Source: Gracilinanus agilis (Eukaryota). Taken from it: a stretch of DNA of 64,000 bases. Below the pieces are notes generated by a model. The model was not told the DNA's origin. It ran no database searches and worked only from the letters and a program-made list of their open reading frames with translations. The position numbers were made by a program, and so were the translations under genes. The stretch lies in assembly GCF_016433145.1 (NCBI RefSeq), contig NC_058133.1:333419959-333483958 (forward strand), read 5' to 3'. This document shows, one piece after another, positions 12,850-25,670 of the stretch (position 1 is its first letter; each line of letters opens with the position of its first letter).

Positions 12850-13050
12850 TTTTTAAAAAACCCATACCTTCTATCTTGGAATCAATACTGCATATTGGTT
12901 CTAAGGCAGAAGAGTGTCAGGGGCTAGGCAATTGGGGTTAAGTGATTTGCCTAGGGTCACACAACCAGGAATTAGCTGAGACCAGATTTGAACCCAGCAT
13001 TTCCCCATTTCTAGGTCTGGCTTTCAATCCACTGAGCTACCTGCTTTCCA
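12850..13050 (-). mobile_element. marsupial CORE-SINE
   Basis: TTGGTTCTAAGGCAGAAGAG..GGGGTTAAGTGATTTGCCTAGGGTCACAC..TCCACTGAGCTACC. Confidence 0.85.
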
Positions 13051-13369
13051 CCTTTACCTCCAATGTGTACTGTCCAAACAACTCTGTCAAGGTTCATATC
13101 TTCGGTCAAGTCAGGCCATGGTTTGGGCTTACTTACAGCTGACACTGGATGAAAGACCCAGGAGCTCTTGAAAACAACTCCAGGAGGTAGGTGCTACCTC
13201 CATTTTTACCAGTGAGGAAATTGAAGCAAACAGATTAAGCAACTTGCCCAGATTCACAGAGCTGATATCTGAGGCCAGCTTTCAACTCTCTTAAAGTCTG
13301 CTGAGTGAGCTGCTTTTCCTGGTTCAGTGATCAATTAAGAATATTGCTTTATCCTCTGAAAACTCAGAT

Positions 13370-13910
13370 CTTCAAACCTGAACCATTCCCTAGAAGCTCA
13401 CTGAAGCTCCAAGGATACTCCATCCATAGTTTGTACTCTATTAAGAGCACATTGGGGGATGCATTTCCCCCGTTAATATGCTGCTTCCTTCAAGACAGCT
13501 AAAGCATAGCCTTCTGCATGATATTTGAGGAGAAAGCAAAGTCAAAGGAAGGTTTTTCAAGGATAAGGAAACACCAGGTAGTGGACAAGAAGCCAGGAGA
13601 TAGGGATAAAGTAAGAGATAATGATTGGTGTGGCAAGCTCCTGAAGGAGTCAGAATTAAGGACACAATTAAAAGTGTGAGCCTTGACAAAGAAAGGCTGC
13701 CTCTTCCATGACTGGAGCAAAGATGAAGGAGAGGCTGGGTGAAGATTTAGCAGGGATTTGAGGTAAAGATGAGGAGAGATGAGGAAACTGATGATGAATA
13801 ACCTAAATTTTCTTCAGGCAGGTAGTAAGTGTGGTGACATGTTAAAAGTGGGTGGGATAGAGGTTGAGAACTTGAGGAGAGAGAACAAAGTTTGAAATAA
13901 CTCCTTTAGA
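13370..13910 (-). mobile_element. L2 internal fragment
   Basis: purine-rich GATATTTGAGGAGAAAGCAAAGTCAAAGGAAGG..; degraded. Confidence 0.55.
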
Positions 13911-14384
13911 GAATATAATAGTAATAAAATTCATAGCTAACATTTAGGTTATACTTAATGTATGCCAGGTGCTAGGCTAAGTATTTTACAATTATCATCT
14001 CATTGGATCCACACAACAGTCTTGGGAAGTTGATGCTATTATTGTCCCCATTTTACAGATGGAGAGTCAGGCAAACAGGTTAAGTAGACTTGTCCAGCGT
14101 CACACAGCTAATAAATTGCTGGGACCAGATTTGAGTATGGATCTTCCTGACTCCAGACCTCATACTCTATCCATAGCCTAACTGCCTCTAAATCAGAGAT
14201 GTATAAAATATTTCCTCATAGAAATGAGGGACCACATGGGATTAGATAACATTTATTTGTAGTGAGGCTAGTCTTTACGCTTGCCTGATATCCCTAGGGG
14301 TATGAGTGGATAAAGTAGATGAATGGTTCAAGGTTAAAGGCCCACAAGAAGTAAACAGTGGAAGAACAAGGGGGCAAATTGTTC

Positions 14385-15115
14385 AGAGAGCAGAACTTTT
14401 TTTCTCTTTAATTATACTTGGTCTTCATGTTGTTTTCTCATTTTACTTTCTTTATTTCAAATTATTTCATAAACATTTCCAAATTTTTTTATGTTCTTTA
14501 TATTTCATTATAATATTATGTTGCTTTGGCATATCATAGTTCATTTAACCATTCCTGGGCTCAGCTGTTTAGTTGTTTCCAGTTCTTTGCAGATTTTTAT
14601 GATCATAGTTTTGTTGTATAGTGCCAATCATGGAATGATTAGGTCAAAATATGTGATTATTTTTTATGCCTCTTGCTGTGTACTGACAAATTGCTTTCCA
14701 AAAGTATTATACCAATTCATAATCCCTCTAGCAATGCATAAATATGCCCACTTCTCCAGAATCCTGCTGACATTTTAAATTTTGCTATTTTTAGATATCT
14801 TTTCTGTTTAAATTGGTGTGAATTGGTGCCCTGTAGTATTAATTTGCATTTCTTTATTAATGTAGAAATATTTTTCAAGCGATTATTAATAATACATGTA
14901 GCCTTTTTTTGTATATTGTTCATCACATTCAACAGTTTATCCTACAGGGCTTGGATATTGTTGCCTTTAAATATTTGTATCATTTCTTTATGAGCACAAC
15001 ATATTAAGTTTCTAGTTGTTATGTTTTCCATGAATTTTCCCTAGTCCATTGTTTTTCTTTTATCTTAATTATGTTGTCTTTTGTTGTATAGACATTTTTC
15101 ATCTTTATGTAATTG
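14385..15115 (-). mobile_element. old L1 fragment
   Basis: AAATTGCTTTCCAAAAG..ATAATCCC..TTAATTTGCATTTCTTT antisense ORF2 3' region. Confidence 0.7.
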
Positions 15116-15331
15116 AATCTCAAATGTAGTCCAATTTGGGAAATTGTGCAGCATTTTCACTAATCACAGACAACTCCCTTATAGAAAAAAATATCCATCT
15201 TTTAATACCGCTTTTCCAGTGAGGTTATATAGCTATGAGTCATAGAATATCATGTTATCTAAAGAAATAATACTTCAAGTGACCCCATAGATAAGGGAGA
15301 AAAGCTATGATGGGCACAAATAGTCTAAAGC

Positions 15332-15542
15332 TGTTTTGGCAAACCTATGGCATGCATGCCAGAGGGGGCTGCTCCTCTCCCCCTCTCCCTCTCTCTATCA
15401 TGCCTGAGGACTCCCCTGCCTCTCTGCCCAGCAGCCCAATGGGAGTGCTTCCTCCCTTCCCTGTCTAGAGTTAGGGGGCAGCCCACCTGCAGCATGATGG
15501 TGAAGTTTGGGCACTCTTTCTCTAAAAGGTTTGCCATCACTG
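15332..15542. mobile_element. hAT MITE, OposCharlie1(OC1)-like
   Basis: 3' TIR AGGTTTGCCATCACTG, degraded 5' TIR CTGTTTTGGCAAACCT followed by ATGGCATGCATGCC; imperfect TSD. Confidence 0.65.
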
Positions 15543-15570
15543 GTAAAGCATAGTGTCAAATGATATAAAG

Positions 15571-15764
15571 CAGTGGTTCCCAAATTTTTTTTGGCCTACC
15601 ACCCCCTTTCCAGAAAAAATATTACTTAGTGCCCCCTGGAAATTATGAAACTATTTATTTAACTCAGAATAGAATGTAATACAAAAAAAGTGTGGCCATT
15701 ACCGCTCTCCTGGATCGCTGTAGCACCCATCAGGGGGAGGTAGCGCCCACTTTTGGAATCACTG
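15571..15764. mobile_element. hAT/Charlie MITE copy 1
   Basis: TIRs CAGTGGTTCCCAAA / TTTTGGAATCACTG; 8-bp TSD ATATAAAG/ATATGAAG. Confidence 0.9.
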
Positions 15765-16539
15765 ATATGAAGGATATCATCCTGGAGGAATGTGGCCAGG
15801 AAAAGAGGTGAGGCTGGATGTGTAATGAGAATGAGATAGAACTGATGGGCAGGTACCTATGGATTTTTTTTGGTGGGGATTTAGGCAAGTTATTTATTTC
15901 CACAAAAGAAAGCAATAGTAAGCAGAAGAGAATTGCAACATGTGTTAACAGAACAAATGAAATAGCACTAAGTTATCTTACTACTAGTACAACTAGCTGG
16001 AAGGCTAATGTTAAATCCTCCTTGGGATATAAAATAGTTTTTGCTGTGTTGCATTTCACTACTGTTGGCATTGTCGGATCATATCTTAGAAGCTGATTTT
16101 TTCTAGTGATCTCTCTTCACTTGATGCCAGCCCACTCCTGTCACTATTTAGGCACTCTTTCTCCTAAATTGCTCAGGTGTCAGGGAAGGGGAAATCAAAT
16201 GCTGCCACCTTGCAGAGTTTTTGATGCTTACATAGTTAATTCTAATGAAAGGAAATATAACAAAAAAGACAGAGGCAACCAAGGGACCTTAGTATAAGCC
16301 CACCTAGTTGAATATATAATCCACATAAGGGAGTGGTAGCGTGTGCTCCATTTTGTCTGGCATATAGAAGGGTTGTCTTTCTCTGCCTCTCATTGAAATT
16401 ATATCTTGTCACTTGGTGGACTGCATACATTGAATGTTAAAGATCTGAAGAAAGACTTTCAACATGTTGGCTAGTCTTTTAGAGATGACTTATCTGAAGG
16501 TATGAATGAAAATTTAACAGGTTAAGAAGGTGTAGGAGA

Positions 16540-18960
16540 AATAGGATTTATACCAGGAATACAGAACTGGCTCAATATTAGGAAAACCATCAGTATAATA
16601 GACCATATCAATAACAAAACCAACAGAAATCATAAAATTATCTTGATAGATACAAAAAATCTTTTGAAAAATTCAACTATTTAAAATACCAGAAAGCACA
16701 TGAATAAAGGGAGCTTTTCTTGAAATGATAAGTAATATCTATCTAAAACCATCAGCAAACATTGTCTATAATGAGGACTAGCTAGAAGACTTCCCAGTAA
16801 GATCAGGGATGAAACAAAGATGTCCATTATCGCCACTATTATTCAGTATTATACTAGAAGTGTTAGCTATAGCAATAAGGAAAGAAAGAAATTGAAGGAA
16901 TCAAAATAGGCAATGAAGAAACAAAACTGTCACTCTTCACAGATGATATAATGATATGCCTAGAGAATCCGAGTGTACCTAGCAAAAATTACTTGAAATA
17001 ATTAACAGCCTTAGCAAAGTTGTGGGATATAAAATAAACCCACATAATTCATTAGCATTTCTATATATTACTAACAAAGCCAAACAATAAGAGATAGAAA
17101 TGGAAATTCTATTTAAATTAAGAGTAGATGACATAAAATATTTGAGAGTCTATCTGCCAACATAAACCCAGGAACTATATGAACTCAATTATAAAACACC
17201 TTTCAAACAAATAAAGTTAGATCTAAACAATTGGAAAAATGTTAATTGCTCATGGGTAATCTTAGCCAATATAATAAAAATGATAATTTAACCTAAATTA
17301 ATCAACTTATTTGGTGACATACTAATCAAACTGACCAAGAATTATTTTATAGAGCTAGAAAAATAATGCAGAATTCATCTGGAAGAACAAAAGGTCAAGA
17401 ATATAAAGGGAATCAATGAAAAAAAAAGTGGCCATGCAGTATCAGATCTCAAACTGTGTTACAAAGCAGTAATCAACATAATCTGTTACTGGCAGCAAAG
17501 AGAGTAGTGGATCAGTAGAATAGATTTAGGTACATAATTCCTAGTAACAAATGACCATAGTAATTTAGGGAATGAGAAACCTAAAGATCCAAGTTCTTGG
17601 AACAAGCTCTCTCTATTTGACAGAAACTGTTGGGAAAACCAGAACATGATATAGCAGAGACTGGGGATAGACCAGCATCTCACACTGTACACCAAGATAA
17701 GGTCAACATGGGTGCATGATAAAAGTTGATAACCATAAGTAAATTAGGGGAGCATGGAATAGTTTACCTTTTAGCTCTATGGATAAGGGAAGAATTTGTG
17801 AGAAAGAGAGAGAGAGAGAATATGAATGAATTAAAATATATAAAATGGATAATTTTGATAATATTAAAACAAAATTTTGTACAAACAAAACTAATGCATC
17901 AAAATTAGAAGTAAAGCAGAAATCTTGGGGGAAATTTCTTTACAAGTATTTCTAAATATTTCTAAAGGCCTCATTTCTCACATATTAGAGAACTAAGTCA
18001 CATTTATAAAAATATAACTCATTCTTCTATTGATGAATAGTAAAAGGAAATGAACAAGAAGTTTTCAGATGAAGAAATCAAAGCTACCTACAGTCATTTG
18101 AAAAACTGCTCCAAATCACTCTTTATTAGAGAAGTGCAAATTAAAGTAACTTTGAGGTACCTCAACCTTTCAGAGTGGTCAATATGACAGAAAATAAACA
18201 TTGACAGGGATGTGGAAAAATTGGGACATTAATGCACTGTTGGTGGAGTTGTGACCTGATTCAACCATTCTGAAACTGTGTATATATCCTCTGATCCAGC
18301 AAAACCACATCCCAAAGAGATTTAAAAAAGGGAAATTGACCTATTTGTACAAAAATATTTATTGCAACTCTTTTTGTAATAGCAAAAAATTGAAAATTAA
18401 GGAGTTGTCCATCAATTGAACAATGACTGAACAAGTTTTGGCATATGATTATGATGGATTACTATTGTGTTATAAGAAATGAAGAGTAGGATAATTTCAG
18501 AAAAAACCTGGAAAGACTTACATAAACTAATGCAAAATGAAATAAATAGAACCAGAAGAATACTGTAAACAGTAATAGCAACATTTTTTGATGAACAACT
18601 GTGAATGACCTAGTTATTCCCTGCAGTACAGTGATCCAAGATAATCCTAGAGATTCATGATGAAAAATGTTTTCTGCCCTCAGAGAAAGAACTGATAGAT
18701 TCTGACTGAAGACCAAAACATACTGAATTTCACTTAATTCTTTTTTTTTTCATCTGAGTCCTCTTTCACAAAATGACTAATATGGAAAAATGTTTTACAT
18801 GACTGCACATGTAAGATCTCTATCAGATTACTTACCATCTCATGGAAGTGGGGGGGGGGAGAGGTGGAAGGGAGAGAATTTGGAACTCAAAAATTTTAAA
18901 AGATGAATGTTAAAATTTGTTTTTACATGTAATTGGGGAAAATAAAATATTATCTAAAAG
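16540..18960 (+). mobile_element. L1, RT domain through 3'UTR, pseudogenised
   Basis: GFIPG..WLNIRKTISIIDHINNK-like RT start at ~16544, LFTDDI-like motif (~16933-16950), C-terminal region and 3'UTR. Confidence 0.92.
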
Positions 18961-19299
18961 AAGGAGTAGATGAATTTGAATCTACACATTTGGAGAGAAC
19001 ACCTAAGTTAATTAAATCACAGATGTTTTGAAGTATGTGTAATTTAAAACTGATTTTTAATTTTTGGTCTCCCTTAGCTCTTGTAATTTCTTCTGTTTCT
19101 CTGAGAAACATTTATTCATCCTCTACAAATAAGATAAATATGATTTTAATTTCATTTTCTTATTATTATTTTTGTCTGTGATCCAACAGAAATTATTATG
19201 GCATAGAAATTCATTTGATAATTTAAAATTTCCCCCATATTTCTATCCAATTTTCACAGTATACTTAAATCCTTTGATGAATCCATCACGTTACCAGTA

Positions 19300-20380
19300 T
19301 AGTCACACCCTTCACTGGTAAATTTTGTAAGTCCTCTACACTTATTCTGTATGGTTCCAATTCATGTCTTTCCTTGGATTCTCCACCTAGGCCTCAGCCA
19401 AATGCCTTTCTCTAGTTCTACCTCTTTTTCCAACCATTCAGGATCTAGATATCATTTTTTGCCCAGGGAGATAAAAAATGTTTTTCATCCTAGATTGTAT
19501 AGAAGTGAAGTATTATATATCTTCCCATTGCTCTTTGGGTCATTTATAATTCTTTTAAGATCATGGTGGTCTATGATTTGAAGTTTTGCATTGTCAATAT
19601 TAATATTAAAAGATGGACATATGCATTTTTGAATAACTTGGAGATATTGACATTCCTGTACAATTTTCTAAATGTGATCTAGTCCAATATCCTATTCAAT
19701 TCTGGATCTAGTTTGAGTCTAGTCAATTGTTCATATGATTACTAATCAACACCATAATGGTCCAACAATAATTGCTGTAGCCCTCGGTGCTCCTAAGTAG
19801 AGTTGAACCAGATTACGATGTAATATTGGGAAATATTTAACAAAATAAGTCAAAATGCAATAAGACATAGACAATGTTAATTTGTGGGGTTTTAGGTCAT
19901 TTAGTAGATCTATTTCTGTTTGTTTGACAAAACTGACTTATATAGATGTTTGTTATGCTGAACAAATTAGTGATCTTACCTAATTGCTTGTTGCAATATG
20001 AACAAAATGTCTTTATCATCCACTTTGTTTTTTGACTATGAATGATTGCTCCTCTTTTGAATGACTGGATTTCATTTAGGAATCTGATAGTTTTCCGGGG
20101 CTTGATCTAACCAGTGAAGTGTCATCTGTCAATAGCATTGGGAGAACATTCTTCAGCAGTAGGGAATCCCCTTTTTATTTGATCTCTGAACAGATATCCA
20201 TGATTAGACTTCATAAGTGAGAACATCTCCCTATGCTATCTCTCATATGATGATTATACTCAGCTGATTGTTGAAGAGAGTTGTCTCATGAGTCTCATCC
20301 ATTTAGAATCTTTTATAATTTTTAAGATGTGTGGTGGAGTTACCTGGTTTGAGGAGAGCCATTAAAACTACATTTTCTCT
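19300..20380 (-). mobile_element. RTE-clade LINE fossil (RT and thumb), interrupted by a hAT MITE fragment near 19770-19890
   Basis: minus-strand MLLTDD (20121-20138), KTKWM-like, DPELNR (19691-19708), TQRAMGRY (19517-19540). Confidence 0.75.
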
Positions 20381-20550
20381 CACTAAATCAAATGCTTTAT
20401 GTTGAAAGTAATGGAGAGATATGTGCTAGTTGATTAATTGATATGTTCCCTATACCTCTCAGGCATATGATGGTCATTCCCTGTAGAAAAACATCTGAGA
20501 AAGTTTGCCCATTGTTATCTTATTTTCATCAAGAATGCCCTCATTTTAGA

Positions 20551-21119
20551 TAATAGGGGAAAAGACTTATACAAAAATATTTATAGCCATGCTCTTTAGG
20601 GTGGCAAAAAATTGGAAAATGAGGGGATACCCTTTGATTGGGGAATGGTTGACCAAATTGTGGTATTTGTTGGTGATGGAATACTGTTGTACTGAAAGGA
20701 ATAATGAACTGGAGGAATTCTATGTGAACTGGAATAACCTCCAGGAATTGATGCAGAGTGAAAGGAGCAGAACCAGGAGAACCCTATACACCGAGATGGA
20801 TACCCTGTGGCACAATCGAATGTAATGGATTTCTCCACTAGCAGCAATGCAATGATCCAGGACAATTCTGAAGAATTTATGAGAAAGAATGGTATTCACA
20901 CCCAGAGAAAGAATTGTGGAAGTAGAAACACAGAAGAAAAATAATTGCTTGATCACATGGGTTGACGGGCATATGATTGGGGATGTAGACTGTAAGCGAT
21001 CACCCTAATGCAAATATTAATAATATGGAAATAGGTCTTGATCAATGACACATGTAAAACCCAGTGGTATTGCATGTTGGCTATGGGAAGGGGATGGGAG
21101 GAAGGGAAGAAAAGAACAC
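20551..21119 (+). mobile_element. L1 3' fragment lacking terminal ~40 nt and poly(A)
   Basis: opossum-type L1 3'UTR; 18-bp TSD GAAT(G/A)CCCTCATTTTAGA at 20533-20550 and 21120-21137. Confidence 0.85.
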
Positions 21120-21402
21120 GAATACCCTCATTTTAGAAAGATAAACAGAAAGATTGGCAGTTGCTAATGTCTTCCTGTTTGCTTTTCTTTTTTTAAAGAA
21201 AAGGTATAGTATTTCCCATTTGTTTACAGTTCTTTTGAAATTGAGTAGAATGGAGGTATAGTTGGAATATTTTTTGAAATCTGAGAGACAGGAAGGTAGA
21301 ATAGAAAAAAGATGTGGACTTTAAGAAAGCAAAGACCTTGACTCAAATCCTACCTACCATTTGCTAACTGTGTCACAATAGACAAATCAGTTTCCTCATA
21401 TG

Positions 21403-21630
21403 TAAAATCTTTTTTTTATCATAGACCCCTTTGACAATCTAGTCAAGTTCATGAACTCCTAAGAATAATGTTTGGTAAGTGCATAAAATGAAACATACAA
21501 AGTTATAAGAGAAATCAATTATATTGCAATACAGTTATCAATTTTTTAAAAAATAATTAAGATTATTTTCCCATTGATTAAAGTTAACATCCCCAATCAT
21601 ATCCCCATCAAACCATGTATATAACTATCT
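21403..21630 (-). repeat. inverted mosaic duplication of downstream local sequence
   Basis: 21417-21553 is the reverse complement of 25513-25649 (7 mismatches in 137 nt); 21554-21600 mirrors 21827-21847 and 21690-21711. Confidence 0.8.
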
Positions 21631-21689
21631 TTTAAATTGTTACCTCTAGCATGGATTTCCATATATATATGTGCATATATATCCCCATT

Positions 21690-21910
21690 TGATTGGGGAT
21701 GTTGACTTTAATTGATCATTCTATTGCAAATATTAATAATATGGAAATAGGTTTTGAACAATGTGGAATTGCTCATCTGTTCAGAAAGGGGTGAGGAAGG
21801 AGGGAAAGAACATGAATCATGTAACTATGGGAAAATAGTCTTAATTAATTAAATTAATTAAAAATAATCTTCCTAAAGTACAAAAAAATAAATAAAAATA
21901 AAAGTAATAT
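21690..21910 (+). mobile_element. L1 3' end with A-rich tail
   Basis: TGATTGGGGATG..GAAATAGG..CATGAATCATGTAACTATGG. Confidence 0.8.
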
Positions 21911-22499
21911 AAAGGATGGGAATAAAAAACAGCGATAGCTAACATTTACATAACACTTTAAAGTTTACAAACCATTTTACATACTTTATCTCATATGATC
22001 CTCACAACAGTCCTCTAAGACAGGTACTCGGGGTCAGTCTTCACAGTATTTTTTGCAAATAGTTTGGACTCTAAATCCATATAGCCCTTGATTGCCATAT
22101 TTCACTCTGGTGAGAAGGGGTTTCTGGATTCCTTTCCATTTCTCTTTTGTGGTGAATGTTTTATGTTGGTTAAATTTATTTTAAAATGGTGCTAGATTCA
22201 CTGTTTTTTATTTTGTTCATTTTCTCAGTGTTCAAGGTCAGCAGCTTTGGAAGAAAAAAAGAGAAAGGTTAGGTCAGAGTAGCTATAATTAAATGCATTG
22301 TCATTGTGGATAAAATTTGTGTACTCTAATTGTGAGGGATACATCTTCTTTCCCAAAAGAAAAAGAACTTTTTTTTTCAAAGAAACAGAGCTATGGGATT
22401 ATGTAAATAGAGATAGCCTCAGTTTGTATTTTATTCAACGACAGGTTGATCCCTGATGATTTTATCTTGAAGAGGGTTTCCAATACATTTATTTATTTA

Positions 22500-23110
22500 T
22501 TAGAATTTATTTTTATTTTATTGATTAATTATGGAAAATTTTCCATGGTTCCATGATTCCTATTCTTTCCCTCCCCTCTGGGTTTTACATGTGTCATTGA
22601 TCAAGCCCCAGTGCAAACACTAGGGTGATCGTTTAGAGCAGTGGTTCCCAAATTTTTTTGGCCTACTGCCCCCTTTTCCAGAAAAAAATATTACTTAGTG
22701 CCCCTGGAAATTAATTTTTAAAAAATTTTAATAGCAATTAATAGGAAAGATAAATGCACCTGTGGCCATCACCGCTTTCCTGGATCGCTGCAGCACCCAC
22801 GAGGGGGCAGTGGTGCTCACTTTGGGAATCACTGGTTTAGAGTCTGCATCCCCAATCATATCCCCATTGACCTATGTGGCCAAGCAATTGCTTTTCTTCT
22901 GCATTTCTGTTCCCACAGTTCTTTTTCTGGATGTGAATAGCATTCTTTCTCATAAGTCCCTCAGAATTGTCCTGGATCATGCATTGTTGCTAGTACAAAA
23001 AGTCCATTACATTCTATTTTACCACAATGTATTGGTCTCTGTGTACAGTGTTCTCCTGGTTCTGCTCCTTTTGCTCTGCATCAAGTCCTGGAGGTTGTTC
23101 CAGTTCACAG
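22500..23110 (-). mobile_element. L1 3' fragment interrupted by a MITE
   Basis: antisense L1 3'UTR on both sides of 22639-22834. Confidence 0.85.
22639..22834. mobile_element. hAT/Charlie MITE copy 2
   Basis: TIRs CAGTGGTTCCCAAA / TTTGGGAATCACTG; perfect 8-bp TSD GTTTAGAG. Confidence 0.92.
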
Positions 23111-24900
23111 GTTTCTAATATATTTAGAGATCTCTTGCCCCACCATGTTATTCCGAGGAGATTAACTACAGAGAAACAGCCCCACTGAAACAAATCTAAA
23201 CTTTGGCCACTCCTGAGATTTCAAGTTTAACACATTCTAATCTCAAAATGAACATATTTTCCCCTAAATCACTTTACATTCTGTCTGTTTCTCAATCTCC
23301 CAAATAAGGAAAGTAAGAGAGTTTAGTTTGGTGGGCTGGTTTGAACTTTAACTTTTGACACATAATGTCAATCCAAAGCTATATATAACCTCATATATAT
23401 ACTTGTTTGGTGGCTCATTGCTATCCACTTGGTCTCCCATCAAAATGCACCCAGGAGGAAAGAATTACTCTCCAGAAGGAATTCCACAACACTAGCTAAT
23501 ATGTGTGACCTTGAGCAAGTCATTTAACTTTTCTGCTCTTCAGTTTTCTTCTGTAAAATGAAAGAATTGGAGCAAATTTCTTTTCAGGTCCTTTCCTGCT
23601 CCACACATACAGCCATATAATCCCTTCTTCTAATTTGCTTTTCATTTTGAACTCTATTCTAAACTATACACCTTCATCAGTGTTCTCCTCCAGATTAACT
23701 TGGCATTTTTGCTTCTGTGTTTTTACCTGTAAATCTCACTGTGACTTTATGCAGTTCTCTTTTTAAAAATTCATATTTTAATTACCATTGCATTAAATCT
23801 GTAACTTGGAGAGTCTTGTCATTTTTAAGCCTAATGATCCAGGTTATATTAATTTATTTGCTGATGAAATTAGGATAAAAGTCACCATCTCTCCCTACCC
23901 CTTTTAAGTATTCTTTCCAGAGATGACTTGAATGAAATCTGGCTTGTGATTAAAGGACTTGATGAGTTGGGGAGGGTTGCAAATGACTACTATAATCCCA
24001 CCCTACTCCTTTGCAAGTTTTTACTAAGTGGAACTCCTGGCACAATTTACTAGGACCCAGGAATGTGATAGGAGTTAGAGGGAATTTTTGGATCCTAACT
24101 CAAGCAAGACTTTAAACTGAGTGAGTCAGAGTGATAACAGAGTGGTTTGGTTCAAAGGAGATTTAAATGCCTAAGGGTTTATTTAGCTGTTTAGCAGAGT
24201 TTGTGTATCTAGTTGAAGTCTACACTATCAAAAAACTAAGATAGACTCTGAGAAATGAGTTTAAAGAACCAACACACCCCTCTCACTTAAGGAAAAAGTG
24301 CACGTAGTAAAATTTCACCAGCACATTGTAGCAATAACTCATTTGAGACATCCAGAAAAGAGCAGCTCCTTCAATAACACCCAGCAGAGTATGGCAACAA
24401 ATGGAAATGGCTAAGGAGCTGAGTGAAGAAGCTTTTGTAAGCAGGAGGCTGGGATTCCAGCTGGATACCACCTTAAAAGTGTGAGTTGCCCTAGCTTGGT
24501 GTGTTCCTTGGCTGTGAATGTTCCTGGTGGGTAATTTCCTGCCACTGGTGGTATTGGAGAGGGTTACATCCACATATACATGGGGGAATCTTTCTTACTA
24601 TTTTGCTCTGCAGTTGCAAAATATTTTGCTTTAAACTAATGTAGCCTTTCCTTGACTAGTAAAAGAAACACATCTATAGGGACTTGAAGTGATAGTTTTT
24701 GAGGGTATGCTAACTCAGTTTGCATCAAAACCGAGGTACCTTTTAGAGACCCACATATAAGAGGAATCTAGGTAATTGTTTCTTGAACATTAGATTTCTC
24801 TGCAATTATCTTCCTTTGCATATTAGCTTGATGGTCTAGTCTATCAGTGCTTTGCTCTGAATCATAAAATACTGAAAGATTTGGAAGGTTAGTGATTCTC

Positions 24901-24985
24901 TCTGTCTTTCTGTCTCTTTCTCTGTGTCTGTCTCTCTGTCTCTCTCTGTCTCTGTCTCTGTCTCTATCTCTCTCTTCCCCTCTCC
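24901..24985. repeat. (CT)n/(CTGT)n microsatellite
   Basis: visible pyrimidine repeat. Confidence 0.9.
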
Positions 24986-24994
24986 CCCTCTCTC

Positions 24995-25185
24995 CTAAGT
25001 AGTACAGTGGATAGAATGCCAGGGCTGTAGTCTAGAGGACCTGGGTTCTAAATGTGGCCTCAGATACTTCCTAGCTGTGTGACTGGACAAGTCATTAAAT
25101 CCCAGTTGCCTAACCCTTGTTGCTCTCCTGTCTTCAAATTGATACTAAGATAGAAAGAAGGTAAGGGGTTAAAAAAGAAAAAAAA
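24995..25185 (+). mobile_element. marsupial CORE-SINE
   Basis: CAGTGGATAG..GGCCTCAGATACTTCCTAGCTGTGTGAC..GTAAGGGGTTAAAAAA. Confidence 0.85.
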
Positions 25186-25484
25186 TGATTCCTTTTGTTT
25201 TTTCATCCATTATCTCTGAATATACTTCCACCTAGACAACAAATCCTGCTTTGATGCCAAGAACTGCCAAGTGAAACCTGTTTTCCATGAAGTTCCACTG
25301 ACTGAGGCCCTCAATTCTGTACTAACAAAAAAAGTTTATTCCTTTGTTTTTGACTTTGTTTTATTGCTCTTTTATTTTGTGGTACTGTGGTCATTGAGGA
25401 TATTGTTCTCCTATTTATGCATATTTCAATCTGTATATGTTGATGCAAGCCATTGGGCTATGGGTTCTCGATGTTTTACAGCTT

Positions 25485-25670
25485 CATAGGTTCTTAACCT
25501 GGGTTCTGTGAATTTTTTAAAAAATTGATAACTGTATTGCAATATGATTGATTTCTCTTATAACTTTGTATGTTTCATTTTATGCACTTATCAAACATTA
25601 TTCTGAGGCGTTCATGGACTTGACTAGATTGTCGAAGGGCTCTATGATACAAAAATGTTTAAGAACCCCA
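25485..25670. mobile_element. old hAT-family MITE
   Basis: terminal inverted repeats GGTTCTTAACCT / GTTTAAGAACCCC. Confidence 0.75.
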
